Positions 42,817 to 57,240 are shown, counted from the stretch's first letter. The stretch: DNA of 64,000 bases from Eledone cirrhosa (GCA_964016885.1 OZ024746.1:99572001-99636000); one strand, 5' to 3'. Translations and numbers: made by a program. Notes: generated by a model from the sequence alone, not told the origin.

Positions 42817-44099
42817 TATACATATATATATATTTATTTATACCTTCCCTGGGGTGATATAGGTGTAAGTGACGTGGTGTCGATGAGATATTGAAACCCT
42901 GATAGTATTTATACTCTTGTACACCTTGGCTCTCTCTCTTGTAAATGAAATTCAAAACAAAAGATATCACTGGTAAACTAAAGAAAAAGTGTTCTATTAA
43001 TGGCGACTGGTTAACTTAGGAAGAGATAATATTATAACGAAGGAAGCATGTCTGTGTGAAATCATTCTGAAATATCGTTGAAGAAGATATTGTTACCATA
43101 GTAAAGCATTTTTAATATCGTTGAGAATTAGGTTTGTGAACTTAATAACCACGAAGAAATATATTGATTTGTCATATGTTGATCATGTCAGACAACGTAA
43201 AAGAAAAATTCCTAAACTGTAACTGTATGAATAGATATTACATTGACCACCATTGAGTAAATTCTAAACGAATGACAAACAAGAATGACAATAATCTTAA
43301 AACATTTGGGTATAGTGGATGAGAATAATTGTTTCTATTATAGGCACAAGGCCAGCAATTTAAAGGGGAGGGGAAAGTCGATTAAATCGACCCCCAGTGC
43401 ATTACTGGTGTTTTATTGACTCCAAAAGGATGACAGGTAAAGCTAACCTCGACGGGATTTGAACTCAGAACGTAAACCTTGATGTCCGATGCTCTAGATG
43501 CGGGTACTTTTGAAGACATAATTAGGGAACGTTTTGTAACCAGATAGTTTCTTGACTATAAATATTATTAATTAAATTGTAAATTTTGAACTGCACTTCA
43601 CCTTTTCATCCACGATCCAGCTTCAGTTCATTGATGAAGACAATTTTTCCTAATCTATACAGCTAGTATACTTGATTAATTGTTTCTACTTTAGGCACAA
43701 GGCCAGCAATTACCCAGTGTATTACTGGTACTTTATTTTATCGACCCCGTAAGGATGAAAGGCAAAGTCAACCTCGGCGGGATTTGAACTCAGATCGTAA
43801 AGGGACGTATACTTGATTAATATCACTTAATCTGTTTTACCCTACTCACATGAAACTGTTTCATTGCATCTGATAAAAATAGATTCATATCTTTCTTGAG
43901 GATAAGTTCAAGTTTTGACTGAGTCATTTTCACGTACTTATGCCAGTAGTTTTCTGTTGTAGACAATAGTAATTTACTAACAGATCATGATCCTCAGCCA
44001 GTAAATCAAGGATTCTATTCTGTCTGTCATTTTCATTCTTCCCTATGACTGCTAAACCGTAAAGGAAAAATGAAATTGGTAAATAATACGTTACTAGTA

Positions 44100-44390
44100 G
44101 TAGTGGCACACCGATGGCGATCAACGGAACAGCCTGCTTCTGAAATTAACATGCAAGTGGCTGAGCATTCCACACACACACATATCCCTAACGAACTTCT
44201 CAGGGAGATTCAGTGTGACAAAGGCTGGTCATTCGAATTACAAGTACAACAGATTTTTGCCAGCTGACTAGACTGGAGCAACGTGAAATAAAATGTCTTG
44301 CTTAAGGACAAAACGCGCTGCCGAGAATCGAACTCACGACCTTACGAGTGTAAGCCAAATACACTAACTACGAAGCGACGTGCCTTCACA
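44100..44390 (-). mobile_element. Second tRNA-derived SINE family, near full length
   Basis: GATCAACGGAACAGCCTGCT...GCAAGTGGCTGAGCATTCCAC...GAGAATCGAACTCACGACC...CGTGCCTTCA. Confidence 0.75.
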
Positions 44391-46147
44391 CATCTGTTCA
44401 ATTGAAACTGAAGTCACTGAAGTGTCACTGAACAGAAAGTCGTTTAATTCTCTTTAAATAAATTCTTATTGAATTACAAATAAAAGTAATATTTCCAGTT
44501 AAAAGTTTAAAGATCAAATCCTGTATAAAACTAATCTGTTCTTCAAAACGAAAAAAAAAAATAGAATAATGGTTTCTTATATAGGCACAAGGCCAGCAAT
44601 TTTGAGGGAGGGGAAAGTCGATTAAGTCGAACCAGTGCGTAACTGGTACTTTATTTTATCGACCCCGTAAGGATGAAAGGCAAAGTTAACCTCGATATGA
44701 TTTGAACTCAGACCGTAAAGGGTCGTAACTCTATGCTGAAAAGCATGGCGTCAGACCCTCCACCGATACTGCCAATCCAACACCCTGAAAATAAATAAAA
44801 TAATAGAAACAGTTTTAAACCCTCTTAGTTTTCTGTACTATATTTATTTCACAAGTTGCTTTTGTTACTGTTTTGTTCCAATACTATATTATACCACAGA
44901 AGGTAACTATCGATAATTAGGAAACGATGTGTCTATAGCCAGATATATACACCTTGTCTTTATAATCAGTAAGTTTGTATACAAAGAGAGACCAGGTGCA
45001 ATATCTTCAGCCCTATATATCCTATATATTGCAGGGGAACACACATCAGTGAGCAATGAACATTCATTCGATCTATCAGCTTTTGCTAATGACATTTGTG
45101 ACCCAGGTAAACTTAATTTCACGGCAGGATGAAGAGAGTGACAGCTGGCTGCCCTGTTATCTGATGTAACGACCCACAATTGTCTGTCAAAGGATAAAGC
45201 AGGTTAGTTTCTTGGCTATACGTTTAAAACCACTAGTACTCAACAAAGAATCCAATTGCCGTGAGGTGTAAAGAATCTAATATTTCAGGTGCTTGCCCTT
45301 CATCTGAATGCGAAGAAAAGGAACAAAATGATATTGCTGTTTTAGTTGAAAGCAAGGACACGAAACGTTAAATTCTTAACTTCTCATGGGAATTGAATTT
45401 ATAGAAAATATTTCTCGGAACTTTCCTGTCGAATAATTGTTGCTGACACTGATGTACCAGTTTTCTCGGATTTCAAATATTACCCTATCTAACAGTTGTT
45501 GCTGCTTAGATCAGAATTTTGTTCCTCATATGCCCCAAATATTTATAGACTGGTGGGTAGGGTAATTGTTTACTCAAGTGTTTAGGCAAGACAGTATTAG
45601 CGACAAGATACTAAATAATGGTCTTTTGACTTGTTATATACTAAACAAAAAGGCGGCAAATTGGCAGAGTCACTAGAACGGCGGATAGAATGATTTATGG
45701 TATTCGTTCCGTCTCTCTGAGTTCACATCCCGCCGAGGTCAACTTTGCCTTTCGTCCTTTCGCGGTCGATAAAAAGGTACCAGTCAACTACTGTGGTCGT
45801 TCTTTCTCTATATCTCTTCCTCTATATCTCTCTCTCATTTTCTATCTTTCAGTGGGAGAAATCTTCTGTACTCAGGTCTGGCGTGAGATGGGCTCCACAA
45901 GGCTTAAAATACCCAAGAAACGCTGTATGTCAATACGGAGCCCCTACCACTCTATCAGGAGGTACGGGACCATACCATACTAAACAAAACCGGAGTCTCT
46001 CTCGTATGCAGTATATTATCATGTCACTCCAACATTAGAAGATAATATGTAGTATTTCTGCGTATATAAAACAGATTTGTCATTAGTTGATTTCACACTT
46101 TCACAATATTCTTTCAGCATTAGGTCAATGGGTCTTCAATGACATAA

Positions 46148-46358
46148 TGGTTTCTCAAGCACAAGGTCAGCAAATGTTCGGAGAAGGAGAAAGTCGATTA
46201 AATCGACCCAGTGCGTAACTGGTACTTTATTTTATCGACCTCGTAAGGATGAAAGGCAAAGCTAACCTCGGCGAGATTTGAATTCAGAACGTAAAGGTCG
46301 AAAACTCTATGCTGTAAAGCATGTTGTCCGTCGCTCTACCAATACTGCCAATCCACCC
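46148..46358 (-). mobile_element. tRNA-derived SINE whose 5' head is continuous with the first unit of the downstream satellite
   Basis: Reverse complement of the dominant SINE, ending ...GCTCTACCAATACTGCCAATCCACC; other - copies at about 26470, 28055, 39205, 43325, 43678, 44565, 57308 and 57517. Confidence 0.9.
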
Positions 46359-49300
46359 CCCACGCCCCCCGTGCTTCAATGACACAATACCTTATCCAAT
46401 ACTGCCAATCCACCCCACCCCCCCGTGCTTCAATGACACAATACCTTATCCAATACTGCCAATCCACCCCACCCCCCGTGCTTCAATGACACAATACCTT
46501 ATCCAATACTGCCAATCCACCCCACCCCCCCGTGCTTCAATGACACAATACCTTATCCAATACTGCCAATCCACCCCCCCCGTGCTTCAATGACACAATA
46601 CCTTATCCAATACTGCCAATCCCCCCCCCCGTGCTTCAATGACACAATACCTTATCCAATACTGCCAATCCACCCCACCCCCCCGTGCTTCAATGACACA
46701 ATACCTTATCCAATACTGCCAATCCACCCCACCCCCCCGTGCTTCAATGACACAATACCTTATCCAATACTGCCAATCCACCCCACCCCCCGTGCTTCAA
46801 TGACACAATACCTTATCCAATACTGCCAATCCACCCCACCCCCCCGTGCTTCAATGACACAATACCTTATCCAATACTGCCAATCCACCCCCCCGTGCTT
46901 CAATGACACAATACCTTATCCAATACTGCCAATCCCCCCCCCCCCGTGCTTCAATGACACAATACCTTATCCAATACTGCCAATCCACCCCCCCCGTGCT
47001 TCAATGACACAATACCTTATCCAATACTGCCAATCCCCCCCCCCCCCGTGCTTCAATGACACAATACCTTATCCAATACTGCCAATCCACCCCACCCCCC
47101 CGTGCTTCAATGACACAATACCTTATCCAATACTGCCAATCCACCCCACCCCCCCGTGCTTCAATGACACAATACCTTATCCAATACTGCCAATCCACCC
47201 CACCACCCCGTGCTTCAATGACACAATACCTTATCCAATACTGCCAATCCACCCCACCCCCCCGTGCTTCAATGACACAATACCTTATCCAATACTGCCA
47301 ATCCACCCCACCCCCCCGTGCTTCAATGACACAATACCTTATCCAATACTGCCAATCCACCCCCCCCCCGTGCTTCAATGACACAATACCTTATCCAATA
47401 CTGCCAATCCCCCCCCCCGTGCTTCAATGACACAATACCTTATCCAATACTGCCAATCCACCCCCCCCCCGTGCTTCAATGACACAATACCTTATCCAAT
47501 ACTGCCAATCCCCCCCCCCCCGTGCTTCAATGACACAATACCTTATCCAATACTGCCAATCCCCCCCCCCCGTGCTTCAATGACACAATACCTTATCCAA
47601 TACTGCCAATCCACCCCACCCCCCCGTGCTTCAATGACACAATACCTTATCCAATACTGCCAATCCACCCCACCCCCCCGTGCTTCAATGACACAATACC
47701 TTATCCAATACTGCCAATCCACCCCCCCCCCGTGCTTCAATGACACAATACCTTATCCAATACTGCCAATCCACCCCCCCCCGTGCTTCAATGACACAAT
47801 ACCTTATCCAATACTGCCAATCCCCCCCCCCCGTGCTTCAATGACACAATACCTTATCCAATACTGCCAATCCACCCCACCCCCCCGTGCTTCAATGACA
47901 CAATACCTTATCCAATACTGCCAATCCACCCCACCCCCCCGTGCTTCAATGACACAATACCTTATCCAATACTGCCAATCCACCCCCCCCGTGCTTCAAT
48001 GACACAATACCTTATCCAATACTGCCAATCCACCCCCCCCCGTGCTTCAATGACACAATACCTTATCCAATACTGCCAATCCACCCCACCCCCCCGTGCT
48101 TCAATGACACAATACCTTATCCAATACTGCCAATCCACCCCCCCCGTGCTTCAATGACACAATACCTTATCCAATACTGCCAATCCACCCCACCCCCCCG
48201 TGCTTCAATGACACAATACCTTATCCAATACTGCCAATCCACCCCCCCCCCCGTGCTTCAATGACACAATACCTTATCCAATACTGCCAATCCACCCCCC
48301 CCCGTGCTTCAATGACACAATACCTTATCCAATACTGCCAATCCACCCCCCCCCGTGCTTCAATGACACAATACCTTATCCAATACTGCCAATCCCCCCC
48401 CCCCCGTGCTTCAATGACACAATACCTTATCCAATACTGCCAATCCACCCCACCCCCCCGTGCTTCAATGACACAATACCTTATCCAATACTGCCAATCC
48501 ACCCCACCCCCCGTGCTTCAATGACACAATACCTTATCCAATACTGCCAATCCACCCCACCCCCCCGTGCTTCAATGACACAATACCTTATCCAATACTG
48601 CCAATCCACCCCACCCCCCCGTGCTTCAATGACACAATACCTTATCCAATACTGCCAATCCACCCCACCCCCGTGCTTCAATGACACAATACCTTATCCA
48701 ATACTGCCAATCCACCCCACCCCCCGTGCTTCAATGACACAATACCTTATCCAATACTGCCAATCCACCCCACCCCCCCGTGCTTCAATGACACAATACC
48801 TTATCCAATACTGCCAATCCACCCCCCCCCCCGTGCTTCAATGACACAATACCTTATCCAATACTGCCAATCCACCCCACCCCCCGTGCTTCAATGACAC
48901 AATACCTTATCCAATACTGCCAATCCACCCCACCCCCCCGTGCTTCAATGACACAATACCTTATCCAATACTGCCAATCCACCCCCCCCCGTGCTTCAAT
49001 GACACAATACCTTATCCAATACTGCCAATCCCCCCCCCCCCGTGCTTCAATGACACAATACCTTATCCAATACTGCCAATCCCCCCCCCCGTGCTTCAAT
49101 GACACAATACCTTATCCAATACTGCCAATCCACCCCCCCCCCGTGCTTCAATGACACAATACCTTATCCAATACTGCCAATCCACCCCCCCCCGTGCTTC
49201 AATGACACAATACCTTATCCAATACTGCCAATCCCCCCCCCCCCGTGCTTCAATGACACAATACCTTATCCAATACTGCCAATCCACCCCCCCCCGTGCT

Positions 49301-52300
49301 TCAATGACACAATACCTTATCCAATACTGCCAATCCACCCCCCCCGTGCTTCAATGACACAATACCTTATCCAATACTGCCAATCCCCCCCCCCCGTGCT
49401 TCAATGACACAATACCTTATCCAATACTGCCAATCCACCCCACCCCCCCGTGCTTCAATGACACAATACCTTATCCAATACTGCCAATCCACCCCACCCC
49501 CCCATGCTTCAATGACACAATACCTTATCCAATACTGCCAATCCACCCCCCCGTGCTTCAATGACACAATACCTTATCCAATACTGCCAATCCCCCCCCC
49601 CGTGCTTCAATGACACAATACCTTATCCAATACTGCCAATCCACCCCACCCCCCCGTGCTTCAATGACACAATACCTTATCCAATACTGCCAATCCACCC
49701 CACCCCCCCGTGCTTCAATGACACAATACCTTATCCAATACTGCCAATCCACCCCCCCCGTGCTTCAATGACACAATACCTTATCCAATACTGCCAATCC
49801 ACCCCCCCCGTGCTTCAATGACGCAATACCTTATCCAATACTGCCAATCCACCCCCCCCGTGCTTCAATGACACAATACCTTATCCAATACTGCCAATCC
49901 CCCCCCCCCCCCGTGCTTCAATGACACAATACCTTATCCAATACTGCCAATCCACCCCCCCCCCGTGCTTCAATGACACAATACCTTATCCAATACTGCC
50001 AATCCACCCCCCACCGTGCTTCAATGACACAATACCTTATCCAATACTGCCAATCCACCCCCCCCCGTGCTTCAATGACACAATACCTTATCCAATACTG
50101 CCAATCCACCCCCCCCCGTGCTTCAATGACACAATACCTTATCCAATACTGCCAATCCACCCCCCCCCGTGCTTCAATGACACAATACCTTATCCAATAC
50201 TGCCAACCCCCCCCCCACGTGCTTCAATGACACAATACCTTATCCAATACTGCCAATCCACCCCCCCCGTGCTTCAATGACGCAATACCTTATCCAATAC
50301 TGCCAATCCACCCCCCCCCCCGTGCTTCAATGACACAATACCTTATCCAATACTGCCAATCCAACCCCCCCCCCGTGCTTCAATGACACAATACCTTATC
50401 CAATACTGCCAACCCCCCCCCCACGTGCTTCAATGACACAATACCTTATCCAATACTGCCAATCCACCCCCCCCGTGCTTCACTGACACAATACCTTATC
50501 CAATACTGCCAATCCACCCCCCCCCGTGCTTCAATGACACAATACCTTATCCAATACTGCCAATCCACCCCCCCCCGTGCTTCAATGACACAATACCTTA
50601 TCCAATACTGCCAATCCACCCCACCCCCCCGTGCTTCAATGACACAATACCTTATCCAATACTGCCAATCCACCCCACCCCCCCGTGCTTCAATGACACA
50701 ATACCTTATCCAATACTGCCAATCCACCCCCCCCCGTGCTTCAATGACACAATACCTTATCCAATACTGCCAATCCACCCCCCCCCCCCGTGCTTCAATG
50801 ACACAATACCTTATCCAATACTGCCAATCCACCCCCCCCCGTGCTTCAATGACACAATACCTTATCCAATACTGCCAATCCACCCCCCCCCCCGTGCTTC
50901 AATGACACAATACCTTATCCAATACTGCCAATCCACACCCCCCCCGTGCTTCAATGACACAATACCTTATCCAATACTGCCAATCCACCCCCCCCCCCGT
51001 GCTTCAATGACACAATACCTTATCCAATACTGCCAACCCCCCCCCCCCACGTGCTTCAATGACACAATACCTTATCCAATACTGCCAACCCCCCCCCCCC
51101 ACGTGCTTCAATGACACAATACCTTATCCAATACTGCCAACCCCCCCCCCCCCACGTGCTTCAATGACACAATACCTTATCCAATACTGCCAATCCACCC
51201 CCCCCCCCGTGCTTCAATGACACAATACCTTATCCAATACTGCCAACCCCCCCCCCCCCCCCCACGTGCTTCAATGACACAATACCTTATCCAATACTGC
51301 CAATCCACCCCCCCCCGTGCTTCAATGACACAATACCTTATCCAATACTGCCAATCCACCCCCCCCCGTGCTTCAATGACACAATACCTTATCCAATACT
51401 GCCAATCCACCCCCCCCCCCGTGCTTCAATGACACAATACCTTATCCAATACTGCCACCCCCCCCCCCACGTGCTTCAATGACACAATACCTTATCCAAT
51501 ACTGCCAACCCCCCCCCCACGTGCTTCAATGACACAATACCTTATCCAATACTGCCAATCCACCCCCCCCCGTGCTTCAATGACACAATACCTTATCCAA
51601 TACTGCCAATCCACCCCCCCCCCCGTGCTTCAATGACACAATACCTTATCCAATACTGCCAACCCCCCCCCACGTGCTTCAATGACACAATACCTTATCC
51701 AATACTGCCAATCCACCCCCCCCCCCGTGCTTCAATGACACAATACCTTATCCAATACTGCCAATCCACCCCCCCCCGTGCTTCAATGACACAATACCTT
51801 ATCCAATACTGCCAACCCCCCCCCACGTGCTTCAATGACACAATACCTTATCCAATACTGCCAATCCACCCCCCCCCCCGTGCTTCAATGACACAATACC
51901 TTATCCAATACTGCCAATCCACCCCCCACCGTGCTTCAATGACACAATACCTTATCCAATACTGCCAATCCACCCCACCCCCCCGTGCTTCAATGACACA
52001 ATACCTTATCCAATACTGCCAATCCCCCCCCCCCGTGCTTCAATGACACAATACCTTATCCAATACTGCCAATCCCCCCCCCCGTGCTTCAATGACACAA
52101 TACCTTATCCAATACTGCCAACCCCCCCCCCCCCCCCCACGTGCTTCAATGACACAATACCTTATCCAATACTGCCAATCCACCCCCCCCCCGTGCTTCA
52201 ATGACACAATACCTTATCCAATACTGCCAATCCACCCCCCCCCCCCGTGCTTCAATGACACAATACCTTATCCAATACTGCCAATCCCCCCCCCCCGTGC

Positions 52301-54618
52301 TTCAATGACACAATACCTTATCCAATACTGCCAATCCCCCCCCCCCCCGTGCTTCAATGACACAATACCTTATCCAATACTGCCAATCCCCCCCCCGTGC
52401 TTCAATGACACAATACCTTATCCAATACTGCCAATCCCCCCCCCCGTGCTTCAATGACACAATACCTTATCCAATACTGCCAACCCCCCCCCACGTGCTT
52501 CAATGACACAATACCTTATCCAATACTGCCAATCCACCCCCCCCCCGTGCTTCAATGACACAATACCTTATCCAATACTGCCAATCCACCCCCCCCCCCG
52601 TGCTTCAATGACACAATACCTTATCCAATACTGCCAATCCCCCCCCCCCCGTGCTTCAATGACACAATACCTTATCCAATACTGCCAATCCCCCCCCCCG
52701 TGCTTCAATGACACAATACCTTATCCAATACTGCCAACCCCCCCCCCCCACGTGCTTCAATGACACAATACCTTATCCAATACTGCCAATCCACCCCCCC
52801 CGTGCTTCAATGACACAATACCTTATCCAATACTGCCAATCCCCCCCCCCGTGCTTCAATGACACAATACCTTATCCAATACTGCCAAACCCCCCCCCCC
52901 CCGTGCTTCAATGACACAATACCTTATCCAATACTCCCAACCCCCCCCCCACGTGCTTCAATGACACAATACCTTATCCAATACTGCCAATCCACCCCCC
53001 CCCCGTGCTTCAATGACACAATACCTTATCCAATACTGCCAAACCCCCCCCCACGTGCTTCAATGACACAATACCTTATCCAATACTGCCAACCCCCCCC
53101 CCCACGTGCTTCAATGACACAATACCTTATCCAATACTGCCAACCCCCCCCCCCCCCACGTGCTTCAATGACACAATACCTTATCCAATACTGCCAACCC
53201 CCCCCCCACGTGCTTCAATGACACAATACCTTATCCAATACTGCCAACCCCCCCCCCCCACGTGCTTCAATGACACAATACCTTATCCAATACTGCCAAC
53301 CCCCCCCCCCCCGTGCTTCAATGACACAATACCTTATCCAATACTGCCAACCCCCCCCCACGTGCTTCAATGACACAATACCTTATCCAATACTGCCAAC
53401 CCCCCCCCCCACGTGCTTCAATGACACAATACCTTATCCAATACTGCCAACCCCCCCCCCCCCCCCACGTGCTTCAATGACACAATACCTTATCCAATAC
53501 TGCCAATCCCCCCCCCCCCCGTGCTTCAATGACACAATACCTTATCCAATACTGCCACCCCCCCCCCACGTGCTTCAATGACACAATACCTTATCCAATA
53601 CTGCCAACCCCCCCCCCCGTGCTTCAATGACACAATACCTTATCCAATACTGCCAAACCCCCCCCCCGTGCTTCAATGACACAATACCTTATCCAATACT
53701 GCCAACCCCCCCCCCCCGTGCTTCAATGACACAATACCTTATCCAATACTGCCAATCCACCACCCCCCCGTGCTTCAATGACAATACCTTATCCAATACT
53801 GGCAATCCACCCCCCCCCGTGCATCAATGACACAATACCTTATCCAATACTGCCAATCCCCCCCCCCCCGTGCATCAATGACACAATACCTTATCCAATA
53901 CTGCCAATCCACCCCCCCCCGTGCATCAATGACACAATACCTTATCCAATACTGCCAATCCACCCCCCCCCCCGTGCATCAATGACACAATACCTTATCC
54001 AATACTGCCAATCCACCCCACCCCCCGTGCTTCAATGACACAATACCTTATCCAATACTGCCAACCCCCCCCCCGTGCTTCAATGACACAATACCTTATC
54101 CAATACTGCCAATCCCCCCCCCCCCCGTGCTTCAATGACACAATACCTTATCCAATACTGCCAACCCCCCCCGTGCTTCAATGACACAATACCTTATCCA
54201 ATACTGCCAATCCACCCCACCCCCCCGTGCTTCAATGACACAATACCTTATCCAATACTGCCAACCCCCCCCCGTGCTTCAATGACACAATACCTTATCC
54301 AATACTGCCAATCTACCCCACCCCCCCGTGCTTCAATGACACAATACCTTATCCAATACTGCCAACCCCCCCCCGTGCTTCAATGACACAATACCTTATC
54401 CAATACTGCCAATCCACCCCACCCACCCCCGTGCTTCAATGACACAATACCTTATCCAATACTGCCAACCCCCCCCCCCCCCCCGTGCTTCAATGACACA
54501 ATACCTTATCCAATACTGCCAATCCACCCCACCCCCCGTGCTTCAATGACACAATACCTTATCCAATACTGCCCCCCCCCCCCCCCACCCCCCGTGCTTC
54601 AATGACACAATACCTTAT
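46339..54618. repeat. ~52-bp satellite (CCAATACTGCCAATCCACC-C(n)-GTGCTTCAATGACACAATACCTTAT), about 160 copies, with variable poly-C
   Basis: Continuous tandem array; nearly all variation is in the C-tract. Confidence 0.97.
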
Positions 54619-56086
54619 GGAATACGAAGCAACTTAAATAACGGAATGTTCTCCGTGGCAGACATTGAGCTCTGAATTGTAAGATAATGGAATTAAAATG
54701 AATCATGCAGATTCAAGTGATAAATCCTACGAATGAATGGTTGTTATTTACGTCCACCTAGACTGAGCCTTTGAAGGTTGAATGTTGTTGTTGTTTTTTC
54801 TTTCGTGTTTTTAGAAAATGCAATTACCCAAAACTACATTTGCTATAAAGATTTTGGAATATTGTTAAAGGAAAAACTATTCAACCGCGCAGTTATGTAT
54901 CTAAGTCAGGGAATTGAATATACTTTTACTCTTAAAAATAGCTCTCTGTTAATTAAAACAAATTCTACAATTGTTCTCGTGTGTTCTTTAGGTGTCAATT
55001 TTGGTAAAGTTTTAGCCAGTTGACACTGACCTTTTTTATGTTTAGTTAAATGTTGAAATCACTTCAAGTAATGTGTTAATGGTCTACGGACTGACATTCG
55101 TAGTACAGTTACAAATCTTTATAATGCTAAAATCTCACATCACTAATAACAAATTCCACCATTAGCATCTATGTAAATGTTACAGTCAATGAAGTTTGTG
55201 GAGATGGCAATCAAATATATATATAGCATTGAGTTTTTCCATCTCAAAGTGATGATATTATGGTATATTAAATATCAAATGATACATATTATATATAAAT
55301 ATAGTAAGATATAAAATATAATATTTATCTATACATAGTATATATTATATTATTCATTATATATGAAGGTGAAAGCACGTGGCTAAGTGGTTAGAGAATT
55401 GGATTTGCAGTTGTGAGTTCGATTTCTGGACCGGGCAATGCGTTATGTCCTTGAACAAGACACTCTATTTCACGTTCGCTCCTTCTACCTGGAGTTGCGA
55501 CCGATAGATGATATCAGCAATTAGAAAGACCAACGAAACATTGCTTCCTCGGTCCCATTTGACGAAAGTCGATCAACTTTCCTCCTCATTATATATAAAT
55601 TAACGATTTTATTTATTTGGATTGGTAGTATCGGTAGAGGGTCGGACGCCATGATTTGACGCCCTTGTCATTCAGAGTTCAAATCCCGCCGAGGTTAACT
55701 TTGCCTTTCATCTTTACGGGGTCGATAAAATAAAGTACCAGTAATGCACTGAGTAATTGCTGGCCTTGTGCCAAAAGTAGAAACAATTATATATTATTTA
55801 CAATTTTCATGTAGGCAGGTCTCTCTGGAAATAGGGGTTGGGGGCCTCTTGGTTTGAGCGAGAAAAGGACAACTTGATTTAAGCGAGGAAACATGAATCA
55901 ACAAACTTAGTCCAGAATGTCGCGAAAGAAGGAATTGGGGGAAATTGGATAAAACTCAAACAAAGCCTTAAACTAATCTAAACATTTAACAGACAATCTC
56001 GTACCTTCTCGGACAATTTCTAAAGCAAACTCAGTTTAGAATATGAATACTCCACAATATAGAAAAAGAGAAAGGATAACTATCTC

Positions 56087-56279
56087 CAGACCTGTCAACT
56101 CTCTCCGTCAGACGGGAAGATCTCCCAACTACTTTGGTGTGGGTGAGATATGTCCTCTCTTGTGGAAATGGGTATAGCTTTCATTATGTAAAATCTCCCA
56201 ATTTTGCCTCATTTTCCCCTGTTTCGCGGCACTTTTTTCATGGTACTCCCGTTTGGGTTTTTAGAGGTTGGCAGGTCTG
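56087..56279. mobile_element. MITE with CAGACCTGYCAAC TIRs and a 6-bp TSD (TATCTC)
   Basis: TATCTC|CAGACCTGTCAAC ... GTTGGCAGGTCTG|TATCTC. Confidence 0.85.
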
Positions 56280-56874
56280 TATCTCTGTTTTATGCTTCAT
56301 GCCAGGTAGGTAAATTCAAAGCAGAACCTTCAACAAAGACGAACCCCCTGGTCCACGAAGCTCACACTTTAAACATTATATTGCTATGCATCATTACTAG
56401 AATACAACTAATTCTCTAAATTATGGCCGGGAGCATCGTGATTTATCATTGCAACATTGTACTCTTTGTACAGGGTAACATTTATTTAAACGCCCCATCA
56501 TTAAGAAATAATGAATAGTATAAGACTAATGCGCGTGATTGTTAATTGGTGTTTTTAAGTTGAACGCTAGCAAATAATGACATCCCACTGAAATATCCAT
56601 GTATACTACGTTAGGAATCATACGACATGGGTGAAGGTCATGTCGCTTGTAAAACTGATTTAAACAACATATTCTTCTTATGTTTAGAGATATCTAAATA
56701 TAGCAAATACATTTCCAAGGGCAAAACACGGAGGGTTTCAAGACAGTCGTGATATCACTCATACAAATATATAGGCCCGCTAGTAAAAATAAAATAAAAT
56801 AAAATAAAAAAGGTAAGAGATATTTAACGGATTTAAAAATACAATAATATGAATAATAGGAAAATTAACAACGA

Positions 56875-57240
56875 ATTGAGAGATCCCAACTCCGATACTA
56901 TGGACATGTGGTTAGAATGTCTCAGGAGATCAGAGAGTCACTTCGGGTAGAGACACGACTTCTGCGAATTGAGAGATCACTGCTCTGATACTATAGACAT
57001 GTGGTTAGAATGTCTTAGGAAAGTATTGCTGAATAGATGTCACGGACAAAACCAACCGGCAGGAGACCCAGGGGTAGACCACGAGCAACATGGTTCGATA
57101 ATATCCCTGAGCTTGGCTGGTCTCACTTGGGAATCAAGCCGGATCAGTTGGAGACAGTTGGTTCTGACAGGACCCACTGGAAGGAGTGTTTGAGGACTCT
57201 GCCCCAGTGACTCTCTCAAGAAGAAGAAGAAGAAGAAGAC
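56875..57240 (+). mobile_element. RTE-like LINE 3' fragment with (GAA)n tail and a duplicated 5' segment
   Basis: CGAATTGAGAGATC...ACATGTGGTTAGAATGTCT occurs twice; homologous to 24615-24930. Confidence 0.78.

Noticed and set aside
46339-54618. CRISPR array (constant repeat plus variable spacer) or Pro-rich protein
   Set aside because: The variable part is only a poly-C tract of about 8-20 nt; the constant part derives from a SINE head and flank; frames shift constantly.
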